Shown here: positions 33,961-41,420 of the stretch, piece after piece
Layout: each line of letters begins with the position of its first letter
Position numbering within the stretch: position 1 is the first letter of the stretch
From: Patescibacteria group bacterium
GTDB taxonomy: Bacteria > Patescibacteriota > Dojkabacteria > J137
Direction: 5' to 3'
DNA: 41,420 nt
Assembly (NCBI GenBank): GCA_016861265.1
Contig: BOLA01000002.1
Location: 1-41,420 of the forward strand
Notes under the pieces: generated by a model
The model's input: only the letters and a program-made list of their open reading frames with translations
Databases searched by the model: none
Told to the model about the DNA's origin: nothing
Program-made: the position numbers and the translations under genes

Positions 33961-34972
33961 TGATTAATTCTATTGTCTTTTGTGTTTGTGATGATTCATA
34001 ACATTTTTCTAATAAATAAACTGTATTCAAGGCTTCTTTCAATCCACCCTTAATAAAATTTTTGTTCTGCATATTGTTAGCGAATTCAAAAAATAAATTA
34101 ACATAGAGTCCGGTATAATGAGATTTATCAGACACGTTCGGAACAGCAATTATTTCATCATTACCATTTTTGCTTTTGACTAAATATTCTTCTCCACTGT
34201 AATGCAGACTTCCTTCTTTCGAAATTAATTTGGCTTCATTCTTTCTGGAAATAGAGGCCCAGCTGAGATTAATTTGAATTATTCCTCGCTCAAACTCTAA
34301 AATTACTTGCGAAGTGTCTTCTACCTGGAAATTATTATGCGCCAGATTATGATTAATAGCTGTAACTTTATTCGGTTGCCCCAACAACCAGTTTGCTAGG
34401 TAGAGATAATGAAATCCCGTATCGGATAAAATGCCGCCGCCGCTAATTTCTTTATTCAAACGCCAGGGAGTTGTGTCTGCATTAAGTCCCGGATCAGCTC
34501 CGGTTCTAAACACATTTAATTGAATAAATATATTAGCAATATCTAACTGTTCAATAAAAGATTTAAAGTGTTTCCATAAAGAAGAATATTTATACTGATG
34601 ACAGGGTATAAATAGAATATTCTTTCCGTTAAGATTTGAATAAAGTTCTTTTGCTTCTGCATAAGAAATGGTGAACGGTTTTTCACAAATAATATGAATA
34701 CCTTTATCAACAGCCCACTCTATTATTTCTTTGTGATATTTGGGAGGCGTAGTTATATCAATAAAATCAACTTTATTATTTGAGTACATTTCGTTTAATG
34801 ATTCATAAAAATTTATACTACTATACTCTTTCCTACATCTCTCCCTTATATTAATATCTACTTCTACCGCAGAAGTTATATCAATACTTTTTTGCAATTC
34901 TTCTGATTGAAAAGCTTCAAGATGATTAGTTCTTGCTATTTTGCCAAAACCAACTATAGCGCCTTTAATCAT
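33953..34972 (-). CDS. Gfo/Idh/MocA-family NAD(P)-dependent oxidoreductase (inositol dehydrogenase-like); likely start is the ATG at 34972
   Basis: GAIVGFGKIA Rossmann motif, ITTPPKYH, ICEKPF, GGGILSDTGFHYL. Confidence 0.88.
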   Translation of the reverse strand: MIKGAIVGFGKIARTNHLEAFQSEELQKSIDITSAVEVDINIRERCRKEYSSINFYESLNEMYSNNKVDFIDITTPPKYHKEIIEWAVDKGIHIICEKPFTISYAEAKELYSNLNGKNILFIPCHQYKYSSLWKHFKSFIEQLDIANIFIQLNVFRTGADPGLNADTTPWRLNKEISGGGILSDTGFHYLYLANWLLGQPNKVTAINHNLAHNNFQVEDTSQVILEFERGIIQINLSWASISRKNEAKLISKEGSLHYSGEEYLVKSKNGNDEIIAVPNVSDKSHYTGLYVNLFFEFANNMQNKNFIKGGLKEALNTVYLLEKCYESSQTQKTIELINE

Positions 34973-35891
34973 TTGAAAATTCCTTTTTACCTTTTGTAAA
35001 CTCAAATAAATATTTGTGAATTTTTTCTTCCTTAATTACAAAGTAGATCAGAACCAGATTGAGTGCTATTAATTCGAAAAGGAAATAGTAAAGGATGTTA
35101 CCCCAAAAGACTGTAATGAACAGAACAATCATTCTTGTATTGGTGGTTAAAATATTCTGATACTTAATCATTGGTTTGTTAAGTTTACGGTATTCTTCAG
35201 TAAGCCAATGCGGAATGAACTCTTTGAAATTATCTTCAACATACTTGTATAAGACCCTTACATGCTTTGCAAGTAAATGCTGTTGATGAGTATAATTTAT
35301 ATAAACCCGAAGAAGGAATTTCCTAAAAGGTGTTTTTATCCAGAATAGTTTAGAATAAGTTTCTTTAACCTCGTTAAGATCATCGATATCTTTATTCTTA
35401 CTTTGAGTAAAGTACAAATAAAAGATTCTGTAGTAATCAGCCATTGCACTTTGAAAAGAATGACTTATTCCCGAAATCAATGCAATCAGCAATATAAATG
35501 GAGTTCCACCTTCTATAATAAACCTTGCTGACATATGTAAGTAGATACTAATAAACCATAAATTACCGGCAACCCCATCAAATATTCTTCCGTAGCGGGA
35601 AAAAGTATTGGTCATACGGGCAAGCTGTCCATCAGCCCCATCTAATGCCTCAGCAATAATTAAGAACAAAACGCCAAGGAGATTTATTGTTGTGTTTTGA
35701 TAGAAGAATAAATGACCGGCAGCAACACCAAAGATTATACTGATAAAAGTAACTGCATTTGGTGACAACCCTATCGCCTTAGATACAACTGCTATTCTAT
35801 ATCCAACTTTACGGTAGAAAATTCTGTCGAGAAATTCTTCCGTATCTGCTGATTTATAGGTTGATTCAATATTTGATTTGTTCAGCGACAT
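34965..35891 (-). CDS. CDP-alcohol phosphatidyltransferase family protein
   Basis: SPNAVT; LDGADGQLAR...YGRIFDGVAGN signature; HSFQSAMADYYR. Confidence 0.9.
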   Translation of the reverse strand: MSLNKSNIESTYKSADTEEFLDRIFYRKVGYRIAVVSKAIGLSPNAVTFISIIFGVAAGHLFFYQNTTINLLGVLFLIIAEALDGADGQLARMTNTFSRYGRIFDGVAGNLWFISIYLHMSARFIIEGGTPFILLIALISGISHSFQSAMADYYRIFYLYFTQSKNKDIDDLNEVKETYSKLFWIKTPFRKFLLRVYINYTHQQHLLAKHVRVLYKYVEDNFKEFIPHWLTEEYRKLNKPMIKYQNILTTNTRMIVLFITVFWGNILYYFLFELIALNLVLIYFVIKEEKIHKYLFEFTKGKKEFSND

Positions 35892-37218
35892 AAGTAAACG
35901 CTTCCTCCATTATCTGAATTCCTTCTTCAGCAATTTCTTTGCTTACAATCAAGGGCGGATAAATGCGAATATCTGCATTATATCCCATTACTATCAGTCC
36001 CCGTTTTAAACATTCCTGAAATACCATTTCAGTATATTTTTTATCTAATTTAACTTTAGAGCCTTTATCTTGTACGAGTTCAATCCCTATCATCAGACCT
36101 TTACCACGAACATCCCCGATAATCGGAATTCTCTCTTTCATTTCATTGAACTTATCCAGCATAAATGCACCAACCGTAGCTGAATTTTCAACAAGCCCTT
36201 CTTCGATTATTGTTTTTAAAGTTGCGTAAGCAGCAGTAGATGCCAATGGGTTTCCACCAAAGCTGGATGAACTGCCGCTTGGATTTCCAAACGGTTTGGC
36301 AAAAATTATTTCTTTACGAGACATCACACCTGTCATTGGAAAACCGCCGCCAAATCCTTTGCCTATCGTTATTATATCTGGTACAATGTCCTCGTGCTGC
36401 GTTCCAAACATTTTACCTGTTCTGCCAAAACCGGTTATCATTTCATCACAGATCAATAATGCTCCGATTTCATCGGTAAGTTTTCGCAATTCCTTTAAAA
36501 AACCTTGCGCAGGAACTACATTCCCAGCAGTCCCTTGAATTGGCTCTACTATGATTGCAGCTATATTGTTAGTTGTTTCATATCTAATTTTTTTTCTTAT
36601 GTGATCAACACATTCCCAATTACATCCCGGAAACGTTCTGTTAAATTCGCAATGCCTGCAATCAGCATAAGGAGTGTTGTAAATTCCCGCTGGTAAAGGA
36701 CCAAGACCAAATTTGAAATCATCTCCAAGCAAACCGAGTACACCGACTGTTTTACCATGGAAGCCATTCCAGAAACCAATGAACTCAGTTTTTTTCGTGT
36801 ACGATTTTGCCATTCTTAATGCAGCTTCAACTGCCTCTGCGCCTCCACTATAAAATTGACTCCATTTCAAATCACCAATTGCAATTTCAGAAAGAAGTTT
36901 GGTGAGTTTGACCCTGTTTTGAGTAGTAAAACTTCCAACGTGAATATTATCGAGCTGTTCCTTCATCAGTCTGTTGTAAACAGGATGATTATAGCCAAGA
37001 CTAGCAACGCCAACGCCAACAAAGAAATCAATATATCTATCACCATCAACATCCTGAACTATACATCCCTCACCTTTATCAATAGCAATTTTAGATCGGG
37101 TTGCAATTGTTTGAATGCCCGGGGCTATGTAATTTATTTCATCATTAAAGAGCTCCAATGATTTTGGACCCGGTATTTCAGTTTTAACATCTGCATATTT
37201 TGTATTTGAAATTATCAT
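35866..37218 (-). CDS. Class III PLP-dependent aminotransferase (GabT/ArgD-like fold)
   Basis: SGGAEAVEAALR, GFHGKT, IVEPIQGTAG, DEMITGFGRTG, PDIITIGKGFGGG, GDVRGKGLMIGIEL. Confidence 0.92.
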   Translation of the reverse strand: MIISNTKYADVKTEIPGPKSLELFNDEINYIAPGIQTIATRSKIAIDKGEGCIVQDVDGDRYIDFFVGVGVASLGYNHPVYNRLMKEQLDNIHVGSFTTQNRVKLTKLLSEIAIGDLKWSQFYSGGAEAVEAALRMAKSYTKKTEFIGFWNGFHGKTVGVLGLLGDDFKFGLGPLPAGIYNTPYADCRHCEFNRTFPGCNWECVDHIRKKIRYETTNNIAAIIVEPIQGTAGNVVPAQGFLKELRKLTDEIGALLICDEMITGFGRTGKMFGTQHEDIVPDIITIGKGFGGGFPMTGVMSRKEIIFAKPFGNPSGSSSSFGGNPLASTAAYATLKTIIEEGLVENSATVGAFMLDKFNEMKERIPIIGDVRGKGLMIGIELVQDKGSKVKLDKKYTEMVFQECLKRGLIVMGYNADIRIYPPLIVSKEIAEEGIQIMEEAFTYVAEQIKY

Positions 37219-37247
37219 ATTTTTTTATTTTCTTCTTAAAATTAATT

Positions 37248-38084
37248 TTATGATTTAAGTAGTATAGTCTCTTCGAAATATTTTGCCTTTTGAAAAATTA
37301 ATTGTGCAATTTCTTTACTCGATTGTTCACGTATTGGAGCAAAGCTTGGCCAATCATTAATATCTATAATTGAAATCGAACCATTGGGAGAGATAATTGC
37401 ATCTCCTCCAAAAATATCCAGCCCAAGGATTTCAGCAGACCTGGATGTAAATTCAAATAATTGTTCTTTATCAAATGGAGTATGATTAATTCCATTTAGA
37501 TAGTACCAATGGAAAAAGCTGCTATTTTTAATTGAATAAAATTTGATAACATCGCCCTCCAGATGTTCTTGAAGAACAGCATACTCAATACCTCTTTTAT
37601 TAAATTCCCGGAAAATATTTTTTCTTTCTTCTTCTGAATAAACCAAAGTCACATCTTCTCTATGAACAGCGTGAACATCGCCCCGCTTGACCCAAATCTT
37701 CCTTGCATTAAAATCGTCGAAAGAAATTCCGTTTATATTATCAACAGGCAACACATAACTTCTGGGGAAGGGAATTTTATTTTGTGATAAAATATTTACC
37801 ATATTCATACGGAAGCATTTTATTCCAGCTTGTGGAGTATTTATTATAACTCTACCTTCATTTCCTAATTTTAATAATTCATTCAAAGCTCTTTCTCCTT
37901 GTGCCATTGAAAAAATAACGGGTTCATTTATTTCGATGGAACCAAGATCCTGCTCCTCATAAATTTTTACTATAACGCCCATATTGTTAAGATGTTCAGC
38001 GGTCCTCATCAAAATAAGAGTATCATTTTCAATATGATTTGGAGAGTATAGCGATTGTCTTTTAATACCAGCTATTGTTTGCAT
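37248..38084 (-). CDS. ATP-grasp fold protein (amide ligase or ITPK1-like inositol phosphate kinase)
   Basis: WVKRGD, VLQEHLEGDVIKFY, LDIFGGDAII, IIDINDWPSF: ATP-grasp Lys, QE and D/E-x-N motifs. Confidence 0.75.
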   Translation of the reverse strand: MQTIAGIKRQSLYSPNHIENDTLILMRTAEHLNNMGVIVKIYEEQDLGSIEINEPVIFSMAQGERALNELLKLGNEGRVIINTPQAGIKCFRMNMVNILSQNKIPFPRSYVLPVDNINGISFDDFNARKIWVKRGDVHAVHREDVTLVYSEEERKNIFREFNKRGIEYAVLQEHLEGDVIKFYSIKNSSFFHWYYLNGINHTPFDKEQLFEFTSRSAEILGLDIFGGDAIISPNGSISIIDINDWPSFAPIREQSSKEIAQLIFQKAKYFEETILLKS

Positions 38085-38101
38085 TGCATTTTAGTCCTTT
38101 T

Positions 38102-39064
38102 TTAGAAAATAGAAAGATTAACGTACCTATCAGGGTTATCCTTTATATCTTTTATTAATTTATTAAGATCATTTATTAATGAAGTAATTTGCCTGTAACT
38201 TTCCGTATTATTGATAAGTCCGCCCAGCATAGTTGAATCACTATTTAATGACTTAGAAGCATTCTTTATATTTTCAGTAAAGTCATTAAGATTACTGTAA
38301 AGGGGATCATTTTTAATTAATTTCCCTACAGTACCCTTGCCTGTTTGGATCGAATCGGTAATCATTTTCAAATTCATAATTAATAGTGATAGATTATCAT
38401 ATAATTCATTACTATAAACTAGATTGCCAATCGTTCCATCACTTTTATTAAGAGAAGAAGAGAAGGATTCTAAATTTGCGAGTGAAGCGTTTAATCTATC
38501 TGCAGCGGATGAATTGAACACAAGCTTACCAATACTGCCTTTACCCTGTGAAATAGTATCAGTTATTGTTTTAAGGTCATCAAAAATCTTGTTAATGTTT
38601 TCAATTGCCGGTTCAATTTTTTGAGTAATGCTCTCAAAACTAACGTATTCTCTCACGGGTAAAAATTCACCTTCGGAAAGCGGTCTTTCAGTTGGATTGC
38701 CTAGAGAAACATTTATCAACTTATCACCAAGCAATCCTAAAGTTGAAATTTTTGCATACGAATTTACTGTGATTTGTGATGCATACTTTTCAAGTATTGC
38801 CAATCTTAGCTTAACAAGATTTTGATCATTTACCGATGCAAATTCTATTTTATCAATATGACCAATTTTTAAGCCGCCTAGTGAGACAGAGCCTCCCTCT
38901 GTTAATCCTTGCGTATCATTCATTAAAATGTTTAAATGGTATGTGTTAGAAAAGTAATTTCCTTCAGAACCAACCAGGAAAATGAAAAGAAAAAATATTA
39001 GCAAACCTATAATAACAGTGATGCCTACTTTCAGTTTAGAATAATTTGAGTTCTTATTTAACAT
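38102..39064 (-). CDS. mlaD: MCE/MlaD-family lipid-binding protein with a helical extension
   Basis: N-terminal TM; GLTEGGSVSLGGLKIGHI; STLGLLGDKLINVSLG; GTIGNL/GTVGKL repeats; DIKDNPDRYVNLSIF. Confidence 0.88.
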   Translation of the reverse strand: MLNKNSNYSKLKVGITVIIGLLIFFLFIFLVGSEGNYFSNTYHLNILMNDTQGLTEGGSVSLGGLKIGHIDKIEFASVNDQNLVKLRLAILEKYASQITVNSYAKISTLGLLGDKLINVSLGNPTERPLSEGEFLPVREYVSFESITQKIEPAIENINKIFDDLKTITDTISQGKGSIGKLVFNSSAADRLNASLANLESFSSSLNKSDGTIGNLVYSNELYDNLSLLIMNLKMITDSIQTGKGTVGKLIKNDPLYSNLNDFTENIKNASKSLNSDSTMLGGLINNTESYRQITSLINDLNKLIKDIKDNPDRYVNLSIF

Positions 39065-39833
39065 TGACTAATCCATATTGATTGGTATAACTATCCAACA
39101 AGTAATTTCCTCTATTAATTTGATAAAAAAATTTCTGAACAAAATTGTTAGATGACTGTAATATTTCATCAACTGTACCTGATTCTACAATCCTGCCATT
39201 ATTAATCACGATCAACTTATCGCCAATTGTAATGGCATCATTTAATATGTGTGTTACCAGTATTGATGTTGTTCCACTCTTCTTTAGTTTTGAAATTAAA
39301 TGCAGAATTGATTCAGCATTGATAGGGTCTAATCCGGTTGTTGGTTCATCAAACAAAATTACTTTTGGATCAATAGCTAGTGCGCGAGCAATTGCAACTC
39401 TTTTTTTCATTCCACCACTGAGTTCTTCAGGAAAAAAGTTCTCAGTTCCCTCTAAATTCACAAATGAGAGTAACTCTTCAACTTTGTATTTTAACTCTAT
39501 ATCAGATAATTTTTTCTTATCAGGAAGGAAGTAAAGAATATTCTCCGCAACTGTTAATGAATCAAACAGTGCGTTATTTTGAAAAACAATTCCGATATTT
39601 TTTCTTATTCGAGTAAGTTCTTCTTCAGTTAATTTGTTGATGTTTATCCCATCAAATAAAACTTCGCCATAATCGGGTTTCCAAAGAGCCAGAATAATTT
39701 TTAAGATTGAACTTTTCCCTGCACCACTTGGTCCAACAATAACAGAGGTTATATTTCTCTCAATATTTAATGAAACATTATCCAGAATAATTTTATCAGA
39801 AAGTAAAAGTGTTATGTTTTTAAATGAAATCAT
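39054..39833 (-). CDS. mlaF: MlaF/Mkl-type ABC ATP-binding protein
   Basis: GPSGAGKS, FQNNALFDSLTV, PEELSGGMKKRVAIARA, FDEPTTGLDP. Confidence 0.9.
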   Translation of the reverse strand: MISFKNITLLLSDKIILDNVSLNIERNITSVIVGPSGAGKSSILKIILALWKPDYGEVLFDGININKLTEEELTRIRKNIGIVFQNNALFDSLTVAENILYFLPDKKKLSDIELKYKVEELLSFVNLEGTENFFPEELSGGMKKRVAIARALAIDPKVILFDEPTTGLDPINAESILHLISKLKKSGTTSILVTHILNDAITIGDKLIVINNGRIVESGTVDEILQSSNNFVQKFFYQINRGNYLLDSYTNQYGLVNVK

Positions 39834-39839
39834 ATTTGG

Positions 39840-40595
39840 TTACAAAACTTCCCATACTATTTTTGTGAAAATGAAATCAATTATCAAAACGATTACAGAA
39901 GTCAAAACAACTGCATTAATAGTATTTTTTCCCAGTCCTGAAGTGCCACCTTTGGTAGTTAAACCCAAATAGCAACTTATAGTTGAAATAAAAAACGCGA
40001 AGAAAAATGGTTTTAGGAATCCAACAAAAAGATCTTTCATCTTTAATGCTCCAATGGCAGTTTTCCAGAATGAGGAGAAATCAACATGAAATGTCTGGTT
40101 AGCAACGAGCATCCCACCAAGAATTCCCGTAATGTCTGCAATAAGAGTCAACGGTAAAAAAATTAACAGTGCGGCTACCGTTCTTGGAATAACTAATTTC
40201 TGAATTGGATTTGCACCAAATGCTTTTAGTGCATCAATCTGATCACTTAACTGCATCGCGCCTAATTCAGAAGTATTTTTCGCCCCGGTTCTTGCTGCAA
40301 GTAATAAACCGGTAATTATTGGACCAAGTTCTCTAACCATTCCCAACGACATTGTCCTGCTGATCAATGAAGTTGCACCGAAAAGTTTTAATTGATGGCC
40401 AGTTTCTATCGCCAATATTACCCCTGTAAACAACCCACCCAAGAAAATAATCAGGAATGCTTTGCTTCCGATTAAATACATTTCTTGAATTGTTTCTTGC
40501 CAATTATCTTTTATCGAACCGATATTGACAAAAATATCACGGATTAAAACCGTGAATCCTTGCAGCTCTCCAACAATATTTATTAGCCGAGGCAT
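39840..40595 (-). CDS. mlaE: MlaE-family ABC permease
   Basis: VRELGPIITGLLLAARTGA...ELGAMQLSDQIDALKAFGANPIQKLVIPR. Confidence 0.92.
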   Translation of the reverse strand: MPRLINIVGELQGFTVLIRDIFVNIGSIKDNWQETIQEMYLIGSKAFLIIFLGGLFTGVILAIETGHQLKLFGATSLISRTMSLGMVRELGPIITGLLLAARTGAKNTSELGAMQLSDQIDALKAFGANPIQKLVIPRTVAALLIFLPLTLIADITGILGGMLVANQTFHVDFSSFWKTAIGALKMKDLFVGFLKPFFFAFFISTISCYLGLTTKGGTSGLGKNTINAVVLTSVIVLIIDFIFTKIVWEVL

Positions 40596-40596
40596 G

Positions 40597-41355
40597 TTAT
40601 TTACACTCTTTACTGTCAGAAAGATTACTAGTTAAAAATTCTTCCGCTTTTTCAATATCAGAGAGATGATCAACATCAATAATTTTTGAAAAAGGAAATG
40701 CATAAAATCGAAAATCTTTTTGAATAAGAAACCTCAGAAAGTTTCTCAATCTAACAACTCCTGAGTTTACAGCTTCATCAATTTCTTTTTGAATATCTGT
40801 TTTGAACAAATACAAACCGCCTGTTATAAATTCATATCCGTCATTCGAATCTTTAAAATTTGTTATTCTAGTGTTCTCATCTATATCGGCATACACCGGT
40901 TTTTCATCATCAATAAAGTCTGTTACGGCAATTAAACCATCGGCATCTTTTAAGTTCATTCCATAAGTCACAAACGATTTAAACTCAGATTCAAGAAATA
41001 CCGAATCGGCAGTTGTCAGTAGAAATGGAGCTGACAAAAATCTATTTAATTGATATAAGCTGTGTAGAGAGCTTGGGGTAGATTTTACAATTAAATTCAC
41101 TGGTTTACTTCTATTATACTTTAAAAGGAAAGATTCGAGTTCTTCTGACTTTTCATTGATGATACATGTTATTGAAGAATTACCAGTGTTTCTTATAATA
41201 TCTATTATACGTTGTATGATTGGAATGCCATTTATCTCTACTAAAGGTTTTGGCACATTAATCCCTTCTTCTTTTAATCTAAGCCCTTCGCCAGCCGCTA
41301 TTATTGCTGCATCCATTTCATTTTTCTTTTTTAATAAATTTAATACATTGATCAT
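40597..41355 (-). CDS. NTP transferase (IPCT/LicC-like cytidylyltransferase candidate)
   Basis: AAIIAAGEGLRL...PKPLVEING, TTADSVF, IDVDHLSDI. Confidence 0.88.
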   Translation of the reverse strand: MINVLNLLKKKNEMDAAIIAAGEGLRLKEEGINVPKPLVEINGIPIIQRIIDIIRNTGNSSITCIINEKSEELESFLLKYNRSKPVNLIVKSTPSSLHSLYQLNRFLSAPFLLTTADSVFLESEFKSFVTYGMNLKDADGLIAVTDFIDDEKPVYADIDENTRITNFKDSNDGYEFITGGLYLFKTDIQKEIDEAVNSGVVRLRNFLRFLIQKDFRFYAFPFSKIIDVDHLSDIEKAEEFLTSNLSDSKECK

Positions 41356-41420
41356 AGAACGTATACAATATCAACAAAGTGAAAATTTATCCCTGGATTT
41401 TTTTCATATAATCCGGCGTT
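41294..41420. repeat. Terminal direct repeat, copy 2
   Basis: Identical to 1-127. Confidence 0.95.

Noticed and set aside
27163-39534. Plus-strand or off-frame ORFs such as 27163-27501, 28710-28970, 31319-31567, 36296-36538, 36856-37161, 39145-39534
   Set aside because: Antisense or off-frame shadows of the TBDT, ino1, aminotransferase and mlaF genes
30865-41355. Aminoglycoside/aminocyclitol antibiotic gene cluster
   Set aside because: No glycosyltransferases, DegT-type aminotransferase or resistance genes; the Mla, flippase-like and CDP-alcohol genes point to a membrane lipid
34965-41355. Di-myo-inositol phosphate compatible-solute pathway as the main product
   Set aside because: IPCT- and DIPPS-like activities are compatible with it, but it does not explain MlaFED, the UPF0104 protein or the aminotransferase; kept only as a less likely alternative
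1-41420. tRNA, rRNA, riboswitch or IS elements
   Set aside because: No recognisable cloverleaf, rRNA-like GC-rich block, transposase or terminal inverted repeats; intergenic gaps are mostly too short; not checked with covariance models

Overview
AT-rich bacterial sequence, probably from the FCB group and most like Ignavibacteria (inferred from protein style; not verified). The first and last 127 bp are identical, and an ATGA stop/start overlap runs across that join. The contig is therefore best read as a 41,293-bp circle or a collapsed tandem unit. All but one of the genes are on the minus strand. Four blocks are present. (1) An inositol-lipid locus (27.1-41.4 kb, continuing through the join into 0.06-5.2 kb). 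Its core is inositol-phosphate synthase, NTP transferase, CDP-alcohol phosphotransferase, HAD and a UPF0104 flippase-like protein. It is extended by a Gfo/Idh/MocA dehydrogenase, a class III aminotransferase, an ATP-grasp enzyme with an ITPK1-like C-terminal motif, its own MlaDFE, two barrel-only Omp85 proteins, a PagL-like protein and a TonB-dependent receptor. This is the best candidate for an undescribed system (amino-inositol lipid or envelope modification). (2) A TetR-controlled YbhGFSR/TolC-type ABC exporter (5.2-13.0 kb). (3) An NO/low-oxygen island (13.1-22.7 kb). It holds a B-family-derived heme-copper oxidase with Asp in place of the helix-VI His and Tyr (gNOR-like), a subunit II without CuA ligands, Rrf2, Crp/Fnr, hemerythrin and DUF2249/DUF1858/DUF59 accessories, plus matching Crp/Fnr-type boxes. 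Several genes here carry stops or frameshifts. (4) A mobile-element remnant (22.7-27.0 kb). It has an MmeI-like RM fragment, a 12-copy GGTAAC iteron array around an AT-rich core (candidate origin), and a D5/DUF5906-type helicase whose N-terminus is replaced in frame by ECF sigma region 2. All family calls come from motif recognition by eye; no database search was run.
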